64,000 nt of DNA from the NCBI GenBank assembly GCA_013265495.1, contig MU058153.1, positions 1,304,001-1,368,000 on the forward strand, given 5' to 3'. A program made the position numbers and the translations under genes. Source of the DNA: Vicugna vicugna. Taxonomy: Eukaryota. This document shows positions 39,270 to 53,490 of this stretch, piece by piece; position 1 is the stretch's first letter; every line of letters starts with the position of its first letter. The notes under the pieces are model-generated. The model was not told the DNA's origin. It saw only the letters and a list, made by a program, of their open reading frames with translations, and did no database searches.

Positions 39270-42200
39270 TCTATTGATTGATTTAAGTGAGGTGTTGAAT
39301 TCCACTGCTATTCTAGTATCACTGAAAAATTTCTCCCTTTATGCCTGTTAGTATTTGTTTATATATTTAGGTGCTCCTATATTAGACTCATATGTAAGTA
39401 TTACAGCATCTTGGATTGAACCCTTTATCGTTATATAATGCTCCTCTTTGTCCTTCATCATAAGCCCTGTTTATGTTTCTACTTTGTCTGATATGAGTAT
39501 GCGACCCTATTTCATTTCCATTTGCGTGGAAGATCTTTTTCCATCCCCTCACTTTCATTCTGTGTGTTTCACTCGCTCTGAAGTGAGTCTTGTAGGCAGC
39601 AAATGGATGGGTCTCGTTTTTTTTTATCCTATTAGCTACCGTATATCTTTTGATGGAACCATTCAGTCAACTGACATTGACTTTTAAAGTGATTATTGAT
39701 ACATATGTAGGTATTGCCGTTTTGCTACTTGCGTTCTGGTTGTTTTCTGATATTGAGCATTATGAGTTCTTTATGTATTTTAGATGTTAACCCCTTATCA
39801 GGCGTATCATTTGCAAGTATCTTCTCCCACTGAGTAAGGTGCCTTCTGTCTTTCGCAGTTCTCTGATATTTTCTTCTTTCACTCTCTTCCCTTGTGGTTT
39901 GATGACTTTCTTTAGCATTATGTTTGGGTTTTCCTCTTTAATTTGTGTGTATCTATTGTAAATTTTTGACTTGTTGTTGCCTTGAAATTCAATTATGTTG
40001 ACTTGTACCTCTATCTACTTGTTGTAAACTGATAGTCATTTACATTCAAAAACATTCAAAACATCTACATTGTTTACTCCTCCCATTCTGTGTTTTTGAT
40101 ACCATATTTTACATCTTTGTGTCTATTCTTTAAATATTAATTTAATTATCACTGATTTTATTGATTTTTTTTACATTGAAGTATAGTCAGTTTACAATGT
40201 TGTGTCAATTTCTGTGTACAGCACAATGCTTCAGTCATACGTGAACATACATAGATACCCTTTCATATTCTTTTTCACCATAAGCTACTACAAGATATCA
40301 AATATAGTCCCCTGTGCTGTAAAGCATAAACTTGTTTATCTGTATCACTGATTTTAAAATGTTTGTCTCTAACTTTTAGACTATAGCTTATTTAAGTGGT
40401 TGAACCAATGTCTTTACTATATATTTTCTTTTACCAGTAAGATTTTCACCTTCTATGTTTTCTTTTTTTTTTTTGTTATAGTATTTTCTTGTTTACTTAA
40501 AGAAGACTCTTTAATATTTCTTGTAAGGTTGGTTTAGTTGTGACTAGCTCTTTTAGTTATCACTTGTCTGGGAAACTTTTTAGCTCACCTTCAGTTCTGA
40601 ATTACATCTATGTTGGGTAGAATAACCGAAGTTTTAGGGTTTTTTTCTTGTTTTTGTTTTTGTTTTCCTTTCAGTGCCTTAAATGTATTATGCTGCTCCC
40701 TTCTGGCCTGCAAAGGTTCTGTTGAAAAATCAGCTGATAGCTTTATGGGGCTTCCCCTGTTCTTGACTCTGTTTTTCCTCTCACTGCCTTTAAAATTATT
40801 AATTTTTTTATTTGCCATTTTAATTATGGTATGTCTTGCTGTGGGTCTCTTTGGGTTTAACTTGTTTGGGACTCACTGTGCTTCCTGGAACTGGATAACT
40901 GTCTTCGTAACAGGAAACTTTTCAGTCATAATTTTATCAAATACGTTTTCTGCCCATTTCTCTCTTCTCCTCCTGTGACCCCTGTCATGCAAATGTTAGC
41001 ACACCTGATCTTGTCTCAGAGGCCACTTAAACTATCCTCATTTTTAAATTTGATTAATTTTTTGCTGTTCTGATTCGATTGATTTCAACTATTCTATCTT
41101 TCAGGCTGGTCATGCCTTCTTCAGTATGACCTAATCTGCTCTTTATTAATTCTAGTGTATTTTTCATTTTAGTTATTGTATTATTCAGCTCTGATTTTTT
41201 AAAAGTATTTTCTAATTCTTTGTTGTAGTTCTCAGTGTATTCCTGTTTTTTTTTTCACCCCTGAGTTCAGTTAACATTTTTACTACTGCTGAATTCTTTA
41301 TCAGGTAAATTGTCTCCATTTATTAATTTTTTTTTCTTCTGGGGCTTATCTTGTTCTTTCATTTGAAATATGTTTCTCTGTCTTCTCAATTTGTTTGGCT
41401 TTCTTTGTTTTCCTCCATGAAATTAGGGCAGTTACCTATCCTGGTCTTGAAGTCATGTCTTTGTATGGGAGCATCCCTATGCAGTTTGCATGTGCCCAGT
41501 GGCATTGGTGGGAGGGCTGGATCTGCACTGAGAATGGGTCACATCATGTCCTGAGTGCTCTGGCAGCCACCACCTTGGTGGGAGGTAGACCAGGTGTCAA
41601 AGGAGATAAAGCCAGAATCAGGTGCAAGGCAGGGCCTCTCCGAGGCTCAACGGCAGCTGCTACCCTGTTGGGCGGTGGAGCCAGGTCTCAAGGGGATGAA
41701 GCAGAGCCCTAAGGGATGTGGGCTTCTCCTCAGCACGATGGTAGTCTCTGCCTTCAAGGAGGGCACGGCTGGGGCATGAGGGGTTGGAGCCGCACTTCTC
41801 GGCTGGCTCTGACTCTCCACTTTTGTCAGAGGTGAGGTCAGGTCCCAGGGGAGTAGAGCCACATTTCTAGCTGTTCTGAGTCTCCACCCTGGCTAGAGGC
41901 AGGGCCAGGGCCCAAGCTGGCTCTGCTGCTTCTCTGATGTGCCTGTGCTCGCGCATGAGAACAATGGCCATCTCTGCCTTGGCAGGGGGCAGCCTCAGAG
42001 CAGGAGGGGCTGGAGCATGAGACTGGTGTGGGCTGGGGTGCATGCTGGGGTGGTCGTACACGTCCATATCAGAAATGAGCACTGAAGAATTTGACCTCCT
42101 CTGGAAATGAACCGCTCTTCAGCCTGCTTCCTGCTGGTTGGGTCCTAAGGGTTGTTTTACGCTCTAGTCACAGACATTTTAGTTTTCTTGTACAGTGCAG
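39270..42200 (-). mobile_element. Degraded L1 5' portion (5'UTR, ORF1, start of ORF2 endonuclease)
   Basis: Minus ORF 40591-40818 reads GSPIKLSADFSTEPLQARREQHNTFKALKGK, matching the L1 ORF1p motif PIRLTADLSAETLQARREW. GC-rich 5'UTR-like sequence lies at 41450-42200. Confidence 0.8.
40161..40342 (-). mobile_element. Young L1 3' end nested in the older L1
   Basis: Poly-T then ATTGAAGTATAGTCAGTTTACAATGTTGTG...; perfect 14-bp TSD TATCACTGATTTTA (40147-40160 and 40343-40356). Confidence 0.9.
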
Positions 42201-42873
42201 CTGCCTTAGAAACCTATTTGATCCCTGGGACCAAAAGCCACACCCACTTCCTTTCAATACATGCACCTTAGATTTCTCGACATGGTTCTAAGACATACTT
42301 CTGTATTCCTATTTTTCTTAATTCATCCTCTCTTTCTCCTTCTCTCTCTCCTTCTCTCCCCCCACCTTCTTGCCACCTGTCTAATTGTGAGTTCTATGAG
42401 CCGATCAAGCTTTAGTGAAAGAACAGTAGTTTTCTGAACCATGATATCCAGTTGGGAGCCCCAACTTTCATTGTGTCTTTGTTCTGGTCCATTTGTGCCT
42501 CGATATTCTCATTGTGCTTTGTATGTATCTATCTTAGAACTGATTATATGTCTACATTTCTCTGCAAATTTCTCTGAGGCCATCAAGGGCAGAGGCTTCA
42601 TCTCATTCATCTTGTATGTTCATCTTTTAACACACAGCCTGGCAGATAGCTGTTGGCTCACCAAACAGGTATTAAACTCATGCCTGAAGGGGTTAATGCA
42701 TCCAACTGCACACCTAACTCAGATGGGCCTAGTTGCAAATACGAAAGAGTCCACCGTGATCTATAATATTTTACATGCTAATTAGGGATTTAAGCAATTG
42801 GGAGTTTGTAATAAATGAATTGATCATTAAAATAATATATGGTTCGTTGAACCGAAGCTGCAGAAGTCAGTAC

Positions 42874-43065
42874 CTCTAGATCTGAAGGCAATACTGTCCT
42901 GCCAACAGCATCATCAGAAGTGTATGAAATGCTGTTTCCAGACCTTCTCTAATTGCAAAGAACCGTCTCCTCAACTTTGCAGAGCAGATATGGCCAAAGC
43001 ATGTAATACCCCAGCTGGACAAGCTTGAATAAGGTAAATTGCAGTTTATAATATTGGGGAATTTC
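42874..43065 (-). other. Candidate exon, minus strand (192 nt), probably non-coding
   Basis: Strong acceptor ttttttttctattgcag| and donor GAG|gtactg. All three frames contain a stop. Confidence 0.35.
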
Positions 43066-43599
43066 CTGCAATAGAAAAAAAAATTAAAAAGACAAATCGA
43101 CAGGTGCAGATGCAATTATCTATGGAATTTTTAAACTAGAAAGTGAGAAGTGTGAAAACTTATAATCCTATGCTCAGTATTTGTAGGAAGAGTGCCCATG
43201 CTGTGAGTGTTTTCTAGTTTTGTTCATTGATGTCTTTGTGATCTAGGAAGCAGCACTTACGCAGAAATGAGTGTCTCTGTCTCTGGGGGTTGTATTTAGG
43301 TGGGGTTTTTCATAAAGTCAACGTACAGTGGCGATTAAACATGACTCATTCCATGTTAAAACGTGGCAAAGGATTTGCCAAAATGAGCTTACAAGGGATC
43401 CATTTTGAGAGGTTAGCCAATAAACATGTAGAAATTCTGTAAAGAATTGAAATCAATTTTTACGTGAACGTTTGTAGTTTCAGATTTGGGGGTGGGCAGA
43501 TTTTATTTTATTTTGGAAACAATTTCCCATCTCTTTGAAAATAAACTCTCGATGTGTAGTGTTTTCTCTTTCTTCCTCCCTTTTTAACCCCATGCTGGG

Positions 43600-44160
43600 A
43601 AGGTTTGACTAAAACGTTTGCCAGCTTTGTTCAACCTCTTGATCCGGAGCGTGGGCTGGCAGAAGCCCTCTCAGCATTGGTTGCTTGGTGTCGTGTTCTT
43701 GGGTTTTGACGACCCTGAGTCTTGGCAGGTTTGTTTGGAGGCCTTTCTTCAACCTTGACGTTTTGTTAGGATTGTTTGCTGTACCCATTAGGTCACGACG
43801 TTTTTGTTCCTGTTGCTGTTTTCTACTTCCTGTTTCCCTCCTTTGCTAAACTAATTTCTTAAGTTGGTGTAAGTATGAAACTTGCTCGAAATAATGTCTT
43901 TTCTTATCATCAGTCCTAACGGAGATGCAAAGAACAGCCTGTGCTATCTATAGCAGTGGTTTCTGCGGACATTTTAGATGTTTCAGAGAGTATTTCAGCC
44001 TCTACCCTAGGCATCTGGTCAGCATTTCGCACGCTGTGTGTAAGTTCCCGTCTGACCGACATTAGTGAACCTGCCGGCCAGCTCGCTGCTCTGTCTCTTC
44101 TGGTGAACTGAATTGTGGGTCCCTCGGCTTAGATTGCTCTCACTAGGCCGGTGAAATGCC
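43600..44160. promoter_or_regulatory. CpG-enriched, non-repetitive candidate promoter/enhancer
   Basis: About 19 CpGs in 560 bp by hand count, several-fold above the surroundings. Contains ETS ACTTCCTG, CRE-like TGACG half sites and ATTGG. Confidence 0.4.
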
Positions 44161-44759
44161 TGCATCCTTCTTAAGCCATAAGAGGTCTAAAAGGAATCTC
44201 TTTCGTGACTTCTTCTTGCAAATGCAAGTCTTCTTGGGACCTATGAAGTGCCATTTTGTTTTAAAATCATTTCTTCTGCTTCTCTCTACAAAGAACAGTG
44301 GAAATGACTTGATCAGTGTGGAATGCCTACAAAACACCTGGCAGGTTTGCCACTTTTTTCTATTTGATATTTGCTTCCTATGTTTAACCATTCTGATAGC
44401 TATTTACAAATTACAGAGTAAAATGGAATCATAAAAGGAAGGGTATAATGGGACTAGAGTAGCTTAGGTCTTTAAAATTCTTTGTTCCCTGGCAGTTGGA
44501 GAGAAGGGCCAGTGATTCTACAGCAGGAGACAGAGTTGATTTCAACTCCTGTCTTCATATGATTCTCTTATGGAGCCAGCTGGTTTTCACCTTGGTGACA
44601 GGCGTGTGTCCTGGTTGTGACTGTCCCACTGTACATCTAGGCACAAACTTGGTCCGTAGCGTTTATCAATAGGTTTCTACTGGATGAATATAGTGAATAA
44701 CAGCCCGGTGTTTTTTGCTTATTATGCCTCAACCACTATCTTGTTATCTCATTAATCAT

Positions 44760-44975
44760 TTTATGAGCCCCATATATTTGCTAAGATAGTGCAGATACTT
44801 TATTTACAACATTTAATTAATTGTACAACATCCCTGGAGGTCGGCATTATTATCACACCATTGCAGATTAGGAAACGGTAGTTCAGAGGGATTTAAAGAC
44901 TGGCCCAAGGTGAAACAACCATTGAATGGTGGAACATGGATTTAAAACCTGGTTTGTCTGTCTGCAAAGCCTATG
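44760..44975 (-). mobile_element. MIR SINE
   Basis: ACAACATCCCTGGAGGTCGGCATTATTATC...GCAGATTAGGAAAC...GACTGGCCCAAGGT. Confidence 0.75.
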
Positions 44976-47329
44976 GGACACTGTATCATTCATATTTGCA
45001 CTACTAAAGATGCACTTGTCTTGATAGTGCAAATCACCATCTCACAGAAAGCACTTGTTTGCACAGAACAGAAAGTCATGTGGGCTTGCTTATGAAATAA
45101 TAATAATAATAATAATAGTAACAATAATAATAATTAATAATAGAAATTATTATTATGAGAATGCAGTTATATCCTGAAACCCAAGTGCACACAGGTAACC
45201 ATGACTCGAATGAGGCTGAAATCAGGAACTGGGAAATCCCAAGAACTAAGATCCTCCCCTTAGAAAGCTTTCAATCTAGTGAGAATACCAGACATTAATT
45301 GAATAGCCACACAAACAAATGGGAAGTTGTCCCTGTGTGAAGTACATTGAAGGAGAAGTTCATGGTCCTCTGAGAAAAAAATGATCCAGGCATGCACAGG
45401 AGATCTCGTGTGCCCAGATCTGAACATTGATGAGTCCCTGACTAGATGAAAAGAAGACAGACAAGCATTCCAAGTCAAAGTCTTCTTACCTTTCAGTACT
45501 CCACTTCCAAAAGATCTTTTCTGCTCTTCCCAATGTCAGTTGCATCCGCATTATTATTTGCTCGTAACCCTTATTTAATCCATGTCACTTTAGTGTAGTT
45601 TACGATTATTTATGCATGTTGATCTGTAAAATATCTATTTTTCCCACTCTACTTTATAATCAATATAACTCTACGGGCCACCTTGGCGAATGTACCAGCT
45701 TTAATAAGCCAATTAGCTGTGATCGCAGCCAAGAGTTGTGAATGAAAACATAGCAGTCAAAGGTCATGAGTAAAAACATGATTGGTGAGTAGTATACAGG
45801 GATGAGAAAGCAGAAGCTCCATGAATATTTAAAATTTTGAATGGCTTAGTTGAGAAATATATGTCAATGTACTTAAATTATATCTATACAGATAGATAAA
45901 TATTATATATATGCACCCACACATAATAAATTTAAGTAACCCTTATCTATTTTGAACCTTATCTATTTATATACATAATATGAATAAATGTTATTCTTTT
46001 AAAGTTTTTCTCTGGAATCTTACCATCTCCCTGATGCAGTTTCACGATACCCTCAGTTTAATATCATTCATCCTGAATATTTCATCCTAAATCTCAACTT
46101 CTTTCCAAAGCCATTTCTGAAATCCTGGCTGACAGTATATCTCTGAAAATTTAAGTCTTTTCTAACTGTTTCAAGCAGCACCGAATCTAGCACCTTGAAC
46201 ATAGCAAACTTTCAGTAGTTAATATTGAGTTAAATATGTATACAGTTTATTATTCAATTAAACCATAATTTCCTCAAAGGTAAGAAGAGTATTTTATACT
46301 AGTTTTCTTCACAGTTTCTGGTCCATTTGTGAGTACATAGGCACACAGAGTACATAGAGCTTATAACTGGAAATGACCTTAAGAATCATCTAATTCAGGC
46401 TCCTCATTTTAGAGAAGACAAATGTATTTTTGCAAAAAGAGGGGAGGGGGCTTCTTTTTTAGGTATTGAAGCTAGGTGGTTGGGTTGACATTAAAATCTT
46501 GATCTCATAATATTCTAATACAGTATATTGACTTCCTCAGTTGATATTCAGGAAATATTTGTTGGGCTGAACTGAACTTTGCAGTGTGTGCTTGAGAGCA
46601 TATGTCAGGAATACTCCTACTGAGACTAATTTAAAATATCACTGGTGGTATGTATTGGTTTGCAAAGTCAGATACAGAAAGCAAAATGGAGATATGTCTA
46701 CACCTCATACAACCCACTCAGGTACTTTAACTAGAATAGAATTTGAAAAAAATCACGATGACAATGAAATTAATTGTTCTCACCACGTCAAGATTGGCAT
46801 TTTTGTTCTGCATCATGAATAGCTGACAATCATCAGCCTGAGTCACCACCCATGACATTTGATTCTTCTCTTAACATACTATTGTCAAAAGAAGAGAGTT
46901 CAGCCCTCACCCTTTTTCTTTTCTTTTTCTTTTTTAATTAATGCATCATCCTGCTTAAAAATCTCTTCTAGATTCCCCAAGCTTGCCTTCAGTTTTCCCT
47001 TAGCACCCATGTGACAGTTTATCAAGAGACTAAGGAGGATGTACTATATAAGGTAAAAGGACCTCAGAATTTAACAAAAGTCCATGCCTTTCTTTTACAC
47101 ACGAGAAATGGAGGCACAGAATGAAGAAGCAACTTCTCTAAGCTTCATAATTGGAAGTAGAATTGGGAAAGTAATTCAGGCTCCTGACTTCAAGTTTTTA
47201 ACATACACTTCCTCCTAGAGATGAAATTAGCAAAAAATGTACACTGATTAGATTATAGGAGAAATCTTATCCTATATATTTTAATATCATATCTTATTTG
47301 GGTATATGTATTAGACATATCACAATGCT

Positions 47330-48965
47330 TTAAATGTTGGTGAAATTTTAAATTTTCCCACATATTTACCAGTTCCCCTACACTTCATTCCTGTGTGTGG
47401 ATCCAGATTTCCATCTGGTGCCATTTTCGTTCTGCCTAAAGTACTTTCTTCATTGCTTCTTGTGGAGCCTGTCCAATAGGGATGAATACTCTCAGCTATT
47501 GGTTTCTGAAGCTGATCTTATTTTGTCTTCATTTTGGAAAGATATTTTTGCTGGATATAGAATTCTAGGTTAACAGGTTTTCTGGGTTTGTCTTTTTCCC
47601 TTTATCAGTACTTTACAGATATTCCTCCACTTTCTTTTAACTTGCATTTTTCCCCAATCAGCCCCTGTCTTGTATTCTTTGTTCCTGTGTGGATAATGTT
47701 TCTGCACCTGCCTGCCCTTGGCTGCTATATGATTTGTCACCAGTTTTAAGGGATATTATTATGATGTGTCTTTGTGTTATTTTCTTCATTTTTTTCTGCA
47801 TTTATTGATATTCTTTAATCACTGGGTTTCTAATTTGCATGAAATTTGTAAACTTTTTTTAGTCATTATGTCTACAAACATTTTTTTCTGTCCATGCTTC
47901 CTAATTCTGAGACATGATTACATACATATTAGGCTCTTTTAGCTTCATAGCTAATTGATGCTCTGTTACTTTTTTTTTTTAGTCTTTTAAAATCTGGATT
48001 TCATTCTGAATAGTTTTTATTTATCTCTATTGAAGTTACACTTGTGTCTGCAGTGTCTAATCTGTTTTTAATCATATCCAGTATATTTTTCATCTGAGAC
48101 AATACATCTTCTATCTTTAGAAGTTCAATTTGGATCATGTTTATATCTTCTGCATCTCTTAACTCGTTTAATTTACCTTCTTGTATTTACAGAGAATGTT
48201 TATAATAGTTTAACATCTTTGTCTAGTAATTCTTTTGTCTATGTCAACTAAGGGTCTGTTTCTATTAACTGATATTTCTTTTCAGTACCGGCCATATGTT
48301 CCTGCTTCTGTGCATGCCAGGTAGTTTTTTAATTAGATGCCAAACACTGTAAAATTTATATTAGCAGTTGCTGAATTTTTTCTGTAATTGTTTCTCCAAA
48401 ATTGTTGACCTTTGTATACAATTAAGTTACATGGTAATATTTAATTTCTTTTGAAACTTTCTTTAAAGTTTTGTTTAGTGATCGTAGAGCAGCCAGGAGT
48501 CTACAGCCCATTTGACCTCCCTACTGAGGCAATATCCTCTGGGATCCTGATTCAATGGTCCATTTGTTAGAAAGTCTTTCCATCCCGTCTTGTGAGAAGG
48601 CATCAGTCCACTTGCTCCTTTCTGCTGATTCTCTTTCAAGACTGAGTAGTTTCCTCGTAGCTGTGACTGATCATCTAGTGACTTGCATGGAAACCTTACC
48701 AGATGTCTAATTTCCTCTGTGCTTCTCTCTCCCCTCTAGAATTCTGTCTCTCTAATTCTAGACATGTTTGCCTCCCCAAACCCTAAACACTGTCTCCTCA
48801 ACTAAGAGAGAACAGGAAACCTGTTTGAATCCATTCTCCTTGCACTGGAGTCTGGAGTCTCTCCAAGTGGTCAGTTAGGACAGCCATAGGAGTCCTCTCA
48901 TTTTTTTTAACCTTCTTTCAGAGATCACAGTCCTGTATTGTCTGTAGTCCAATGTGTGAAAAACA
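47330..48965 (-). mobile_element. Old L1 (L1M/HAL1-type) ORF1 / 5' region
   Basis: GATTTCCATCTGGT...TTTTGGAAAGATATTTTTGCTGGATATAGAATTCTAGGTT is a typical antisense ORF1 signature of old L1s. Confidence 0.7.
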
Positions 48966-48968
48966 TTC

Positions 48969-49358
48969 CATTTTAGTCAGTTCACGCTGCCGCCCCCCCC
49001 CCCCAAAAAAAACAGCATCATAGTCTGGGTGGCTTATAAACAACAGAAATTTATTTCTCACAGTTTTGAAGGCTGAAAATCAGAGATCAGGGTAGCAGAG
49101 TGGTCAGTTTGGCAAGAGCCCTCTTCTGGGTTGCAGAATGTCAGCTTCTCGTTGCATCCTCATAACTAGAAACAGAGAGCTCCGGGCTCTTCATCCCCTT
49201 TCAACAACACCAGTCCATCATGGGTGCTCTCACCCTGTGACTTCCTCCAAACCTAATTACCTCCCAAGGCTTCATTTCCGAACACCATCACCCTGGGGGT
49301 CAAGCTTCAACATAAGGATTTGGGGTGAGGGTTAGAATATGAACATCTAGTCCGTACC
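48969..49358. mobile_element. MLT1A-like (ERVL-MaLR) solo LTR
   Basis: CTGGGTGGCTTATAAACAACAGAAATTTATTTCTCACAGTT...CCTAATTACCTCCCAAGG...GCTTCAACATAAGGATTTGGGG. Confidence 0.85.
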
Positions 49359-50723
49359 CAGTATTTCATATACTTTCTTCATTTTTATTTGCTGAATTAT
49401 CTTAATTGTTATGGATGCATAACTGTTTAAGCTTGAATTGTGGGTTTTTTCAGTATTTTTTCTTTAGGTTTAGAGAGTAGCCAGCTTAATTTTCAGCAAG
49501 TTTTACTTAATGTTTTTTAACACTCATTCAACAGGCTCTCAAGAATGGGTCCTATTACATATGGACGAGGTATAAATTTCACGCCATTTTCCCCTAAATC
49601 TCGTAGGCACTGTTGTATCAGATTGTGAGAGGCCATTGGAAGGCTACAAGTCAGACATGCTAGTCAGACTGCTGCCTTTGATTTTCAACTACACAAGTTT
49701 TAGATGACATAATAGATTCAGCATTCATGAAAATGCAGTAGGAGAGATAAGGCTGATCCAGTGGGTTGTTTCAGATTGTTTGCAGCCTTCACTGTTTTGT
49801 TAGAGAACTTGGATTCTATCCTGTAGTGAGTGGGACTCCAAGAGATTTTGAAGCAGAACGATGTTCTCATCAAACCTAAGCGTAAGAGGATTAATCTGGT
49901 CATAAAATAAATTGAGATGAGAAGATTGGAGGCAAGAATGCTTGGAGAGTATAGCTTATTCTAAGCATGAATTAAGGACCAGAATTAGCACTGTGATGTT
50001 TTGTATACACATCCCAATTAAATTAAGGGATGAGCTTAATTGACAAGCAGTTAAATTAACACTGAGTCCTCATTGCAAATATTGGTGGCTTTGGGGGAAA
50101 AAAAGTGTTCTCTCTAATGAGGAAGCTGAACTCACAGTACTGAGAAGTTCAAAATGAAATGACAGCTTATTCCCTAAGCAACCAGGATGTGACATGCACT
50201 TCAACCACCTGGACCTGTTCCCTGGTGCAGAGGCTGCTGTGTCTCTGGCACAGAAGATGGGATGTTTGGCTTACACAATGCGCCAACTCGAGATTAAATG
50301 AAGGCCACTTAGTGATGCCAAGCTTTTGAGGTGATCACACGTTTCTAGATCCTTTTTCAATAATGAATTACTTCTGCTGTATCACTTGCCAATACCTTTC
50401 CTTAAACCTACCTGACACATTACCTAGAGGAAAAACACCAGCTTTAGTTTTTCTCCTAAACATTTTATTAGATTGAAGTGTTTTTTGTTAAACAGAAGAT
50501 TAATTAAACTGACTCTTCAAGCTGATGAAAATCATTAGCATGAGGCAAGTGAAAGTATTTATGTTTGTGTGGGAAGAAACAAATGCAGGAGAATCAGTAG
50601 AAACTCAAACCAGCCACCAGCTCATATTTGGGAGCTTTTGTTTAAAAAAAATGGAATTGCTTTCTTGATGCTTTCCCAAGGCCAGGTCTCAAAAAAATAA
50701 TCACCATCAAAAAGAGGAGCACA

Positions 50724-50824
50724 GGGGAATGGGTATAGCTCAGTGGAAGAGCTCATGCTTAGCATGCACAAGGTCCCGGTTCAATCCCCAGTACCTCCAT
50801 GAAAAAGACAGAGGAAAAAAGAAA
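50724..50824 (+). mobile_element. tRNA-Ala-derived SINE (short vic-1-like copy)
   Basis: GGGTATAGCTCAGTGGAAGAGCTCATGCTTAGCATGCACAAGGTCCCGGTTCAATCCCCAGTACCTCCA; TSD AAAAAGAGG(AG/TA)CACAG. Confidence 0.88.
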
Positions 50825-51768
50825 AAAAAGAGGTACACAGGATATTTTCTAAAAGGGTAAATAAAATATTTGTATGGAAACAGAAAGGTGCCCAGTGATT
50901 CTCCACAGGTGCGCCTGCACTTGTGGAGAGGATTGGATGATAAGCCTACAAGGAGATCAGTCTGTGGGACCGTGGCGATGATCAGTTTGAAGCAGGAAGC
51001 CTAGAATAGGAGAGAGAAGGCTCTATTTAGAGTTGGGAGCGGGGAGCTTGGTTTAAATCCCCCAATGACCATCTGTCTGACCCTGGGCTAATCACCTCAC
51101 CTCTCCAAGCCTCATTTCCCTCATCCTGAAAATGGGAAGATGAGACATAATTTGAGCTAAGTTTCATTCTACTTCTAATTTACAGTGATTCATTGCTTCA
51201 TGCCCAGGACATTATGTCCCTAACGTGCACAAGGAGGGGACTCCTTTCTGGACTTCGTAGAACTGAGGAGGGGGAGATTTGCAGTGAGTAGCTACACCAT
51301 GAATGTGTCTCCATGACTTCGTGATTATGAGAGAGAGATGAGTTTTCCATTTTTGATAAGATATACATTTGTTAAGAAATTCTATTTTTTGCTGGGTAAT
51401 GGAGTTTTAGAGAAGGAAATAAATGAATTGTATCTATTAAAGAAGCAAGAGCAACAACCACATGGTTTGAGAACCCCATTAAGTTTGTGTTCTGTTTCCT
51501 GCACTGTCTCTGTTCATTTGGGTGAGAACTGAAGTGCACAATAAAAGGCTGAATTAAGTGAGGAGCTAAATGAACCAATCAATTCTTCTTTTCTCCGATA
51601 CAATGAAGGTGCCAAGCAGAATGTAGAGTAGCCTGAAGTTGACCCTTACATATCTCCTAATACGACTTTCCTTGACAGGCACAGAATTCACATTCGTGCT
51701 CTCCTCCAGTCTCAGAGGTATATACTTCCTCAAAGTAAGGGGGTGTTGACAATAAAATATATGTATGC

Positions 51769-52391
51769 TTTTTATTGAAGTATAGTTGATTTTACAATAT
51801 TATATCCATTTCAGGTGTACAGCATAGCAATTCAATATTTTTATAGATTATACCCTGTTTAATATTGTAAAATAATGACTGTATACCCCTGTGCTGTACA
51901 GTATATCCATGTTGCTTATCTGTGTTATACATAGGAGTTCATATCTCTTAATAATATTCACTTATCTTGTCCCCTTTTTCCTCTCCCTACTGGTAACCAC
52001 TAATTTGTTCTCTGTATCTGTTAAATCTTTCTGTTTTGTTGTATTCACTTGCTTGTTTTAATTTTTAGATTCCACATATAAATTATAGTATATTATGTTT
52101 ATCTTTCTCTGTCTGACTTATTTCACATAATGTCCTCCAGGTTCATCCATGCCACTGCAAATGACAGAATTTCATTCTTTTCTATGGCTGAGTAGTATTC
52201 CATTGTATATGTAAACCACATCTCCTTTATTCATTCACCTGTGATAGACACTTAGGTTGCTTCCATATCTTGGCTATTATAAATGATTCTGCTATAACAT
52301 TGGGGTGCATGTATCTTTTTGAATTAGTGTTTTCATTTTCTTCATATATACACCCACAAGTGGAATTGCTGGATCATATGGTAATTCTATT
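51769..52391 (-). mobile_element. L1 3' end (artiodactyl type)
   Basis: TTTTTATTGAAGTATAGTTGATTTTACAAT...GTGGAATTGCTGGATCATATGGTAATTCTATT. Confidence 0.88.
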
Positions 52392-52659
52392 AAAATATAA
52401 TTATATCTTTAATGAAGTAGTAGTCACATGGAGCACATGAATTTCACCCTATCTTTGGCCTGTCATTAGTCTTTAATATTCTCAACCCTAAAAAGCTTCA
52501 GTGTAATCCTTAAATTTTTTGATAATACTTTCATCTCTAAAGAGTATCAATGTATCTCTTAAATTTCTTGACAATTTTTCATGAATTTAAATGACCAAAG
52601 TTGAGCTTATGATTTTCAATGTATCTATAGACTTTGGATTCCTACAGAGCTGATGATTA

Positions 52660-52850
52660 ATGGCAGCTCTGTGACCTTGAACAAGTTACTTAACATCTCT
52701 GAGCTTAGGTTTCTTCATCTGCAGAATGGGTACAATAATAATTCTTCCTTAGATGGTTGCTGTTAATACTGTATAAGATAATTCATTTCAAGTGATTAAC
52801 AAGATGTCATGCACGTAGTAAATAATCAAATAGTGGAAGTTGTCATTATT
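52660..52850 (+). mobile_element. MIR SINE
   Basis: GTGACCTTGAACAAGTTACTTAACATCTCTGAGCTTAGGTTTCTTCATCTG. Confidence 0.8.
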
Positions 52851-53342
52851 TTCTACTCCTTTCTTGAGAATACATATTAGTATGGTTTTCTCATTGTATA
52901 ATATGATAAATAATTTACCTCAAAGGCAATAGAAAAGTCCCTGGGACCAAGGAACCCTCTAGAGCTGACATTGGTATGTCACTCTGTGTAACAGTACCAG
53001 GACTCTAATTTTCTTTCACCCTGGGAGCATTCACAGTCAAATTCTTGCATAAGCACAATGAGCCCCATCAGGATGTAATGTTCTGGTGATCCAGGCAAGT
53101 GAGCAATGCAGTGTGGCAGGCTGCTTAAGTCCCTCCTTAGCAGCCAGGCACTGAGGCCCTTTTCTACTTCATTAACTTCCCCTGAGGTTAGAATAATAAT
53201 AACATTAATATCATAGGATAACTGTGAAAAATAGAAGAATTAATATAAGTATCTCTTTAAAAAATATCTAATATAATGCACACTGTATCCTAGGAACTCC
53301 TCTAAATGCTTATGATACTAATTTATTTAAGCATCATAACAA

Positions 53343-53490
53343 CAGGGATGTGCTGGAATCATCTCATTCTAGCTCTTGAGTGCAATTGTTAAATACTCAA
53401 GAATTTTGTGAGCTGTTTGTTAAACTGTTGATAGCTTCTGCCAGGCATTGGTACCAGTGTTTACACCATTGTAACTGGCAGATGACACAT
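53343..53490 (+). mobile_element. MER63-like hAT-Blackjack fragment inserted in an antisense MIR (53260-53660)
   Basis: GTGCTGGAATC...ATTGTTAAATACTCAAGAATTTTGTGAGCTGTTTGTTAAAC. Confidence 0.55.
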
